A stretch of DNA of 64,000 nt, from positions 2,122-66,121 of the forward strand of contig JBBDRM010000155.1 in the NCBI GenBank assembly GCA_040905475.1, in the 5' to 3' direction. Source of the stretch: Actinomycetota bacterium. Its GTDB lineage: Bacteria; Actinomycetota; AC-67. Positions 1 to 7,443 of this stretch are shown one piece after another. The translations under genes and the position numbers were made by a program. The notes under the pieces were generated by a model. The model saw only the letters and a list, made by a program, of their open reading frames with translations. It was not told where the DNA came from and did not search any database. Positions within the stretch are counted from its first letter, which is position 1. Each line of letters opens with the position of its first letter.

Positions 1-114
1 GTCGATCGACGCAGTTTGCCGGGCGATCGCCCGGCGGTTCACCGGCGAGGTAGCCTTCAAGAACGAAGCGCTGGCGCGCGCGGCGTTCTCCGCCGCAGCG
101 GAGAGGGCGGCGGC

Positions 115-378
115 ATGAGACCCCTCACGCCGGGACTGGTCGTGGAGGCCGGGTCGAGCGTGGACAACCACACCGGCGCATGGCGGACGGAACGCCCCCG
201 TTTCCTCTCCGTGGCGTGCAACGGATGCGACCTCTGCGCTGTCTATTGCCCGGAGGGCGTCGTCTTCAAGGCCGCTCCCAAGCGCTACGACTTCGATCCC
301 GACTTCTGCAAAGGCTGCGGCATCTGCGTCGAGGAGTGCCCCGTCGACGACATCGTGATGGAGGCCGAGATCCGATGA
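115..378 (+). CDS. porD: pyruvate:ferredoxin oxidoreductase delta subunit (2x[4Fe-4S] ferredoxin)
   Basis: Two CxxCxxCxxxCP motifs (CNGCDLCAVYCP, CKGCGICVEECP); frame open from window edge, first Met at 115; 4-nt overlap with next gene. Confidence 0.85.
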   Translation: MRPLTPGLVVEAGSSVDNHTGAWRTERPRFLSVACNGCDLCAVYCPEGVVFKAAPKRYDFDPDFCKGCGICVEECPVDDIVMEAEIR

Positions 379-1529
379 AGGTCATGGAGGGCGCCGAAGC
401 GATCGCCGATGCGGTGCGCGCCGCCGGCCCGAAGGTCGTGAGCGCCTACCCGATCACTCCGCAGACGCACATCGTGGAGGCGCTCTCCCAAGCGGTGGCC
501 GACGGAAGGCTGGACGCCGAATTCATCACGGTCGAAAGCGAGCACTCGGCGGCGAGCGTGGTGCTCGGCGCCGCGGCAACCGGGGTCAGGACGTTCACCG
601 CGACGTCCTCGCAAGGGCTGCTGTACATGGCCGAGGTCGTGCTCAACATCGCGGGCATGCGCCTACCGGTCGTCATGACGGTGGCCAATCGGGCGCTTTC
701 ATCGCCGCTATCGATCTGGAACGACCACCAGGATTCGATGACCTTGCGCGACTCGGGCTGGATCCAGCTCTTCGCGCAGACGGCGCAGGAGGCGCATGAC
801 TTGCACTTGGTCGCCTACCGGATAGCGGAAGACCCTCGGGTTCTGCTGCCGGTGATGGTCTGTGTCGATGGATTCGTTCTGACCCACGCATTCGAGCCGG
901 TCGAGCCGGTGTCCGATGAGGCCGTGAGCCGCTACCTTCCTCCTCTCTCGCTGCCCTTCGTCTTGGACCCGGCTCGGCCGGCAACCTTCGGTGCCTACGC
1001 GGACCCGACCGTGTACACGGAGGCACGGTTCGCGATCGAAGCCGCGCAGCGCCGCTCTGCTCAGGTATTGAGCCAGGCGCTCGGCGAATTCGCGGCGCTG
1101 ACCGGACGCGAATATTCGCCGGACTTCGATCGCTATCGATTGGACGACGCCGACGTCGTGATGGTCGCGATGGGAACGGCGGCGCAGACCGCGCAGGTCG
1201 CCGTGGACGAGATGCGGGACGAAGGCGTCGCGGCGGGGCTCGTCGCGATCCGTCGGTTCCGACCCTTCCCGGCCGCGGAACTCGTGGCCGCGCTCGGGAA
1301 CGCGAGCCGCATCGTCGTATTCGATCGCTCCGTTTCGCTCGGGAGCGGTGGGATCGTCGCCGGCGAGCTGCGGTCGGCGCTGTACGGCCGCCTCCTGCCC
1401 CAGATCGTGGGCGTCGTCGCCGGGCTCGGCGGCCGGGACGTTTCCGTCGAGACCTTGACGCAGGCTTTCCGAGCGGAACGCGACGGGTGGATCGACCTGC
1501 GGCCGGACCTGGAGGAGATCGCTCCGTGA
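375..1529 (+). CDS. porA: pyruvate:ferredoxin oxidoreductase alpha subunit
   Basis: 385 aa; N-terminus MKVMEGAEAIADAVRAAG...VVSAYPITPQT typical of PorA/KorA; GTGA overlap with porB. Confidence 0.9.
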   Translation: MKVMEGAEAIADAVRAAGPKVVSAYPITPQTHIVEALSQAVADGRLDAEFITVESEHSAASVVLGAAATGVRTFTATSSQGLLYMAEVVLNIAGMRLPVVMTVANRALSSPLSIWNDHQDSMTLRDSGWIQLFAQTAQEAHDLHLVAYRIAEDPRVLLPVMVCVDGFVLTHAFEPVEPVSDEAVSRYLPPLSLPFVLDPARPATFGAYADPTVYTEARFAIEAAQRRSAQVLSQALGEFAALTGREYSPDFDRYRLDDADVVMVAMGTAAQTAQVAVDEMRDEGVAAGLVAIRRFRPFPAAELVAALGNASRIVVFDRSVSLGSGGIVAGELRSALYGRLLPQIVGVVAGLGGRDVSVETLTQAFRAERDGWIDLRPDLEEIAP

Positions 1530-2470
1530 GCGCCTCCGAGCACCTCATCCAGCCGGGACACCGCGCCTGCGCGGGCTGCGGGCTGCTCGTGGGAGCGAGG
1601 CTCGCGGCCGACACGTCCGATGGGAAGATCGCGGTCGTCAATGCGACCGGTTGCCTCGAGGTGACCACGACCGCATATCCGCAGTCGGCGTGGCGGGTAC
1701 CGTGGATCCATTCGGTGTTCGGCAACGCGGCGGCCGTCGCCACGGGGGTCCGAGCGGGGCTGCGCGTTCAGGGCAAAGACGTTCCGGTCGTCGCGCAGGC
1801 CGGCGACGGTGGAACCGCCGACATCGGGCTGCAAGCCCTGTCGGGCATGCTCGAGCGTCGCGACGACGTGTTGTTCGTCTGCTACGACAACGAGGGCTAC
1901 ATGAACACCGGCGTCCAGCGCAGCGGCCTGACCCCCTTCGACGCCGCGACCACGACGACGCCGGTCGGCGAGTGGTCTTTCGGGAACCCGCTTCCCAAGA
2001 AAGACCTCGTCTCGATCGTGCTCGCTCACTCCCCCGCCTACGTCGCGACGGCCACCATCGCCTACCACAAAGACCTCGAGCGAAAGATGCAGCGCGCACT
2101 TGCCACGAAAGGTCCTCGTTACCTGCACATCCTCGTCCCGTGCCCCCTCGGTTGGAAGTTCGAGCCGCGCTCGACTATCGGCGTGTCGCGTCTGGCGGTC
2201 ATGTCGAACCTGTTCCCGCTGGCCGAGTGGCGAGACGGAGTGCTGGGCAGGGTCAAGGGCCCGGCCGTCCCGGTCTCCGTCGACGAGTACCTGAAGGCGC
2301 AGGGACGCTTCTCCCATCTCTTCCGGGACGAGCGCGGTGTCGACGCCCGCGCAACGATCCAGAACATGGCCGACGAAACGGCTCGGCGATTCGGGATCCG
2401 CGCGTACGGCGACGTCGTGGGGGTCGAAAGCCCCGCAGGTCACGCCGGTGCGGCTAGCTCTAACGGTTAG
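1526..2470 (+). CDS. porB: pyruvate:ferredoxin oxidoreductase beta subunit (TPP-binding)
   Basis: HRACAGCG Cys motif near N-terminus, GDGG TPP-binding motif (AQAGDGGTADIG); GTG start overlapping porA stop. Confidence 0.9.
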   Translation: MSASEHLIQPGHRACAGCGLLVGARLAADTSDGKIAVVNATGCLEVTTTAYPQSAWRVPWIHSVFGNAAAVATGVRAGLRVQGKDVPVVAQAGDGGTADIGLQALSGMLERRDDVLFVCYDNEGYMNTGVQRSGLTPFDAATTTTPVGEWSFGNPLPKKDLVSIVLAHSPAYVATATIAYHKDLERKMQRALATKGPRYLHILVPCPLGWKFEPRSTIGVSRLAVMSNLFPLAEWRDGVLGRVKGPAVPVSVDEYLKAQGRFSHLFRDERGVDARATIQNMADETARRFGIRAYGDVVGVESPAGHAGAASSNG

Positions 2471-2504
2471 CCGTGGACGGAGTGTCGCGCCGCTCGTTCT
2501 CGGC

Positions 2505-2825
2505 TCAGGCTTCGCGATCCAGGACCTCGTTGATCCACTGGTACGCGGCGATCGCGGCCGGGTAGCCGGCCGTCGAGATCCCCAGGACGGCCACCTGCCG
2601 GATGGCCTCAGGTTCGATCCCCTCGGCGATCGCCTTGCGAGCATGCGAGCGCACGGCGCCTTCGGATTCTCCGCCGACGGCCACGCCCAGCTTCGCCAGT
2701 CGCCGTTCCCGTTGCGACAGGGGTCCGGCCGCGTGCAACCGGTCGGCGAGCGCCCCGTACGCCTCCATCACATCGGGGAAGTCCTTCTCGAACCGCTTGT
2801 ACACCTCCGGCAGGTACTCAGCCAT
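2505..2825 (-). CDS. carboxymuconolactone decarboxylase-family (AhpD-like) protein
   Basis: About 106 aa; CMD/AhpD-like helical fold signature (...RLAKLGVAVGGESEGAVRSHARKAIAEG...); high third-position GC. Confidence 0.65.
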   Translation of the reverse strand: MAEYLPEVYKRFEKDFPDVMEAYGALADRLHAAGPLSQRERRLAKLGVAVGGESEGAVRSHARKAIAEGIEPEAIRQVAVLGISTAGYPAAIAAYQWINEVLDREA

Positions 2826-2873
2826 GCATGACCTCCTAGACGGGAGCATCGTAGGCGAACGGGCCCGATCTTT

Positions 2874-4424
2874 CTAGGCATGTGTGGACACCGCGCGGCA
2901 GTCGCCGCACAGTTCCGTGAGATCCCGTATCAACGCATCCGGCTCATCGGCCAATAGGCCGCGGATGCGCCGCAGCATCGCGGCGGGAGCGACCGGCCGG
3001 CCGCATCGGACGCACCCGTGCACGTGGTCCATCTTCACGACGACGGGCCCGCGCGCCAGGGCGGCGATGTCGGTCTCACGCCGCACGGTCACGGCGCGTT
3101 CCGGGCACGCAGGCACGCAGCGCTCGCAGGCGAGGCATGCCCCGGGATCCAGGTTGAGGGCAGTCTCGTGCTCGTCCGCGGCGACCGTGAGCGCGCCGGT
3201 CGGGCACGTCGTCGCGCACGCACCGCAGGCGGTGCATGCCAGATGATCGATACGGACCACCCCGAGCGGCGAGCCGGGGCGCTCCAGGGAGGGAGTGCGA
3301 TGCGCTCGCGCGCCGGCGAGCTTCAGAAGCGCGTCGGCCGTGGCGGCCGGCTCGGAGAGTATGACGACCGTCGAGTCGGCGGCACCCCGCACGCGTGCCG
3401 CAAGAACCGCTTCGAGCAACGGCCCCGGATCGGCGGGGTCGAGTACGCGGACGAGTGACGCCGCCTCTTCGATGCCGGCAAGCTCCAACACCTCTCGGCA
3501 ATACCCGACGCGTTCGTCCAAGGGGTCGGTCCGTTCCGGATGGCATTCCTGCCGGCACGGCAGCAAGGCGACGGCAGGGGCGCCCGCCGCGAGAGCCTGG
3601 AGGACCCACCCGGGAGTGATCATCCCGATGCAGGGGAGTTCGAGCGTTAGCCAGGACTCCGCCGCCCCCAGTCCGTCGAGCGCAGAAGCGGTCCGCTCGC
3701 AGGCAAGGACGAGCCCCCGAGGACGGCCGTCGGCCGTCGGCGAGAGTAGGGAGGCGACCTGCGCCTCGTAGCGGTCGAGCGAAGCGTTGGGGAGGGTGAT
3801 CGCGCGCGCCGGGCAGGCCGAGACGCACAGACCGCATGCCACGCACGCGCGATTGTCGACGATCGTCCGGTCTTCGAGGGTGATCGCCCCTACGGGACAG
3901 GCCGTCGCGCACAAGCCGCACCGATCCGCTCCCAGACAGAGGTTCGCGTCGACGGCCGCTGCAGGCTCATAGGTGATCGGCGGCAGCCGGAACAGCGCAC
4001 GCCGGCTCGTCGGTCCGTCGCTGAAGCGCGTGCGGAGATGTTCGGGCTCGCTGCCGTTGAACGACCGAGCCGCCGCGACGGCCGCGGCCAGGATCTTGCC
4101 GGCCGCAACGGCGGAACCGGCTGCGAACGCCAGCGACACGAGCTCCACGGCGAACGGATCTAGTCCGGCCTTCCTCGACCAGGCCTGCGCCTCGCCCCGG
4201 GGGAACGTCCGATCGCAGAAGCCGAGCACGAGCCGGGTCGCGCCGGTCGCCCGCACCAGGTCCCGGATCTGCTCCGGCCGGCCGCACAAATCGTCCACGA
4301 TCTCGACCGGGATTCCAGGGACGGTGTCGGCGAGAAAGCCCACGACGGTTAGCGGATCGAGCCTCGCGTCTCCGTGGGTGCCGTCGCAGAGCGCGACGGC
4401 GACCGGCGGCGTTCCATCGGTCAT
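2874..4424 (-). CDS. multi-domain Fe-S protein: two MvhD/FlpD-like domains plus two 2x[4Fe-4S] ferredoxin domains
   Basis: Four CxxCxxCxxxCP motifs; two segments with MvhD-like Cys spacing (VAVALCDG...LVLGFC and LELPCIGMITPGWVLQALAAGAPAVALLPCRQECHPE...GYCREVLELAGI); start ATG overlaps stop of the upstream TorD-like gene (ATGA). Confidence 0.75.
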   Translation of the reverse strand: MTDGTPPVAVALCDGTHGDARLDPLTVVGFLADTVPGIPVEIVDDLCGRPEQIRDLVRATGATRLVLGFCDRTFPRGEAQAWSRKAGLDPFAVELVSLAFAAGSAVAAGKILAAAVAAARSFNGSEPEHLRTRFSDGPTSRRALFRLPPITYEPAAAVDANLCLGADRCGLCATACPVGAITLEDRTIVDNRACVACGLCVSACPARAITLPNASLDRYEAQVASLLSPTADGRPRGLVLACERTASALDGLGAAESWLTLELPCIGMITPGWVLQALAAGAPAVALLPCRQECHPERTDPLDERVGYCREVLELAGIEEAASLVRVLDPADPGPLLEAVLAARVRGAADSTVVILSEPAATADALLKLAGARAHRTPSLERPGSPLGVVRIDHLACTACGACATTCPTGALTVAADEHETALNLDPGACLACERCVPACPERAVTVRRETDIAALARGPVVVKMDHVHGCVRCGRPVAPAAMLRRIRGLLADEPDALIRDLTELCGDCRAVSTHA

Positions 4425-5182
4425 CGCTCCGCCTCCTTCGCGAGGCTGGAAACGTGCGCGGAAAGCGCCGCGATGAACTCGCGATCGTGAGATGTGTACG
4501 CGAACGTGTTCGCGGCGAGGTCGGCGTAGAAACTGGACGGCGCGACGCGTGAGAGCCGCGCTGTGAACGCTGGGAGCCAGCGTACGAGGCGCGCATCCAG
4601 GAATGCTCGCTGCCGTTTGAGCCACGCCCCCGCGTCGCGGGGTCGATCGGTCTGCCACGCGTTCGCCTCCTCCCGGCAGAGGACGGAAACGAATCCGAGT
4701 TCGACGGCGATGTGATCCGGCGGCTCGGCACCCGTCCGTGCCGTGAGCCCGGCCATCGAGTAGGTCAGCTCGAGCTGAGCGGTGATCCAGCCTGCTTCCA
4801 CACCACCTCGCCGCGAGTAGGCCGACTCGCACGGCGGGCACGAGGCCTCCGCGCTGCCCACGAGGAAGAGCGATGCATGGTCCGCGGCCATCGCGCCGAG
4901 CGACTCATCGGTTATCCGGTCGACCGCGTTCAGCATCGCGTGCCAGGAGTACGCGGAGGCCAAGTCGTCGAACGGCCGGCTACGCCGTCGCAGCTCCGGT
5001 ACCGAGGTCGCCAGGATCCCGACCCGCTCCGGATCGGGATAGAGGAACAGTTCCGACACGAGCCGGTAGGCGAGTCCGCGCACCTCGGCAAGATCCCGTA
5101 GCCGGGGCGCGCGGGCTTGCCCCCCGGCGCGGGGCGAGGGAGACGTGCGCGCCTCGAAGCGCGCCTCCTTCACGGTCGTCAC
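4421..5182 (-). CDS. TorD/DmsD-family molybdoenzyme maturation chaperone
   Basis: LVSELFLYPDPE motif characteristic of the TorD family; GTG start overlaps stop of the small membrane gene; sits 3' of the Mo-oxidoreductase subunit genes. Confidence 0.7.
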   Translation of the reverse strand: MTTVKEARFEARTSPSPRAGGQARAPRLRDLAEVRGLAYRLVSELFLYPDPERVGILATSVPELRRRSRPFDDLASAYSWHAMLNAVDRITDESLGAMAADHASLFLVGSAEASCPPCESAYSRRGGVEAGWITAQLELTYSMAGLTARTGAEPPDHIAVELGFVSVLCREEANAWQTDRPRDAGAWLKRQRAFLDARLVRWLPAFTARLSRVAPSSFYADLAANTFAYTSHDREFIAALSAHVSSLAKEAER

Positions 5183-5400
5183 TGCCGGCGCTCTCGATCG
5201 GGCATCAGTTCGTACACAACGGCCGCGAGGAATACGAGCATCACGCCGGTGATGAAGAGCAGCGGCGAGAACGGCACGCGGGGGTTGCTGATCCGCGATC
5301 CGCTCGGCGCCCCAAATGGCGCCCCCAACCCGAGGTATGCCACCGCCTGTAGCGCGAACCCTGTGACCACCATCGAAACCGTGACGATGCGTCGCCTCAT
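5179..5400 (-). CDS. small 2-TM membrane protein (73 aa), possible extra anchor subunit
   Basis: Two hydrophobic helices (VTVSMVVTGFALQAVAYLGL, LLFITGVMLVFLAAVVY); ATGA overlap with the NrfD-like gene stop. Confidence 0.5.
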   Translation of the reverse strand: MRRRIVTVSMVVTGFALQAVAYLGLGAPFGAPSGSRISNPRVPFSPLLFITGVMLVFLAAVVYELMPDRERRQ

Positions 5401-6686
5401 GGACGGTCTCCTTCCGTCTCCGGGATGTCCATAACGGGAAAGACCTTTGCGAATACGACGTACGAGAGCGCCCCGAATGCCAGGAGACCTGCCACTACGC
5501 CGATCTCGGTCACGGACGGCGTGTACGTTCCCGTCCCGTACGGGAGCAAGGTGCCGTGCGTCTGCGACGGAACCACGATCAAGTACCGCTTGCCGATGGC
5601 GGCGAGGTTGACGAGGATCCCGCTCGCGACCATCGCGCCTATGCTCACACGGCGCCGGAGGAACTGCGTAACGAGGAGGCCGAGCGGAACGATGAGCATC
5701 CCCACCGAGGCCCAGAAGATCGGCGCGTAATCGCCGACCAGCAAGGCGCGGATCACGTCGCGCTCGTTCTCCATCCCCGTGTAGGCAGCCGTGAGGACCT
5801 CTACGACGACGAAGTAGAGATACGCGAGGATGAGGAAGAACAGCAGGCCGCCGAGCCACTTGAACACCTGCTCGCCGAGTTGTTCGCGTTCCCCGAGCCA
5901 GCGCCGGACGCCGGCCGCCACGACGATCAGGAGGCCCACGCCCGACACGCCTGCGAGGATGACGAACGCGGGGGCCTGCAGTGCGCTGAACCATCCCGGA
6001 CGTCCGATCTGCAGCCCGAACACGAATCCGAGCGTCGAGTGCGCAGTGACGAGCAGCGGCAGGATCGCGACGGCCAGCCAGAAGCTCGCCCGATCGTGGC
6101 GCTGCCGTTCGGCAGGTGTGTCGTGGTAGCCGGCCGACCACCAGCGATGGAATCGCTGGAGCGGCCCGGGAACCTCGGCGCAGAGAGCGGCGTCACGGCG
6201 ACTGTCGAGGTACAGATAGACGACGCTCGCGAAGAGGTAGCCGGAGATGACCAACGTGAACGTGCCGAAGAACGGCGATTGCGGTCGCGCGTAGCGGAAC
6301 AGGTTGACGATCCCGCGGAGTGGCTGACCGAGGTCGGCGAGGATGGCGAGCCCCGCGAGCATCAGCGACACGACCGTCAGGAGCTCGGCCATGCGCGAGA
6401 TCGAACGCAAGGCTTTCAAGTTGGCCAGCCGGATCAGCGCCGCGACGGTGATGCCGGCGAAGCTCACACCCACGAAGTACACGACGAAGGCGATGTAGAT
6501 TCCCCACGTCGCGCCGCCCATGGTTCCAACGTCCCGCATGCCCGTCTCCGACAGCCCTCCCATCACCTCTCGGCTGTAGGCGTAGGCGCCCACGCCGACG
6601 ACGGCAGCGAGGAGACCCGCGAGTCCGTACCACCGCGAGGTGGGACGACCCACGCCGTACGGCAGTTTCTCGACCCGGATGGCCAT
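5397..6686 (-). CDS. NrfD/PsrC-type integral membrane quinol-interacting anchor subunit
   Basis: 429 aa, about 10 predicted TM helices, NrfD-family composition; directly downstream of the FeS subunit gene. Confidence 0.85.
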   Translation of the reverse strand: MAIRVEKLPYGVGRPTSRWYGLAGLLAAVVGVGAYAYSREVMGGLSETGMRDVGTMGGATWGIYIAFVVYFVGVSFAGITVAALIRLANLKALRSISRMAELLTVVSLMLAGLAILADLGQPLRGIVNLFRYARPQSPFFGTFTLVISGYLFASVVYLYLDSRRDAALCAEVPGPLQRFHRWWSAGYHDTPAERQRHDRASFWLAVAILPLLVTAHSTLGFVFGLQIGRPGWFSALQAPAFVILAGVSGVGLLIVVAAGVRRWLGEREQLGEQVFKWLGGLLFFLILAYLYFVVVEVLTAAYTGMENERDVIRALLVGDYAPIFWASVGMLIVPLGLLVTQFLRRRVSIGAMVASGILVNLAAIGKRYLIVVPSQTHGTLLPYGTGTYTPSVTEIGVVAGLLAFGALSYVVFAKVFPVMDIPETEGDRP

Positions 6687-6689
6687 GGC

Positions 6690-7430
6690 TCATACCCTCG
6701 CTTTCAGGGGCTCGATCTGACGTGAGTCGTCGCTCGGCTGATGCCCCTTGCCGACGTAGTGGACGCGGGGCTCCGTCCCGACTTCCTCTCTCAGCCGGAA
6801 ACTCGGCTTCGAGCGTTTCAGGACGGAGGCGGCGCTCGCCGGGTCGTCGAGGTCCCCGAAGACGAGCGCCCGCACCGGACAGCTGACCACGCAGGCGGGG
6901 TCGAGGCCCTTCTCGACGCGCTGGACGCAGAACGTGCACTTCTCCACGACGCCCTTGGCGTGACCGCCGCCGGCGATGCGGCGCTGCTCGGGACCGAACC
7001 TTCCGCCGAGATCGGGGTTCTTGTACGGAGGGATGGCGCCGCCCGTCACCGATCCCAGCTGCGGGTCCTCCCAGTCCATGTAGTAGTTGTCCTCCGGATT
7101 CTTCCAGTTGAAGAAGTTGACGCCGTACGGACACGCGACCTCGCAGTAGCGGCACCCGATGCAGCGGTCGTAGTCCGTGGCGACGATCCCGTCGTCACGC
7201 TTGTACCGGGCGCCGACCGGGCAGACCTTGACGCACGGCGCGTTGTCGCAGTGCTGGCAGGGACGAGGCAGGAACGAAACGTTGACGTCTGGATACGTGC
7301 CCTCCTCGAGGCGGAACACGTACATCCACAACGCGGCCTCGGGGGTGTTGTTCTCGACCTTGCAGGCCTCGACGCAGGCACGGCAGCCCATGCACTTGTC
7401 CAGATCGACGACCATTCCGTACTTCGGCAT
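6690..7430 (-). CDS. 4Fe-4S cluster subunit of DMSO-reductase-family complex (PsrB/NrfC-like)
   Basis: Four Cys clusters (CMGCRACVEAC, CQHCDNAPCVKVC, CIGCRYCEVACP, CTFC...CVVSCP). Confidence 0.9.
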   Translation of the reverse strand: MPKYGMVVDLDKCMGCRACVEACKVENNTPEAALWMYVFRLEEGTYPDVNVSFLPRPCQHCDNAPCVKVCPVGARYKRDDGIVATDYDRCIGCRYCEVACPYGVNFFNWKNPEDNYYMDWEDPQLGSVTGGAIPPYKNPDLGGRFGPEQRRIAGGGHAKGVVEKCTFCVQRVEKGLDPACVVSCPVRALVFGDLDDPASAASVLKRSKPSFRLREEVGTEPRVHYVGKGHQPSDDSRQIEPLKARV

Positions 7431-7443
7431 TCCTACACCCCTC

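Noticed and set aside
673-2644. Long antisense ORFs (for example 673-1743 minus, 1133-2644 minus) overlapping porA/porB
   Set aside because: Arg/Pro/Ser-rich products typical of wrong-frame translation in about 70% GC DNA; the sense strand encodes clearly recognisable Por subunits
3076-3921. ORFs 3076-3921 minus and 3018-3458 plus inside the Fe-S protein gene
   Set aside because: Low-complexity Arg/Gly-rich translations; overlap a gene with strong Cys-motif support
5556-6725. 389-aa plus-strand ORF opposite the NrfD-like gene
   Set aside because: Asp/Glu/Arg-rich low-complexity product; the NrfD-like membrane protein on the minus strand is far better supported
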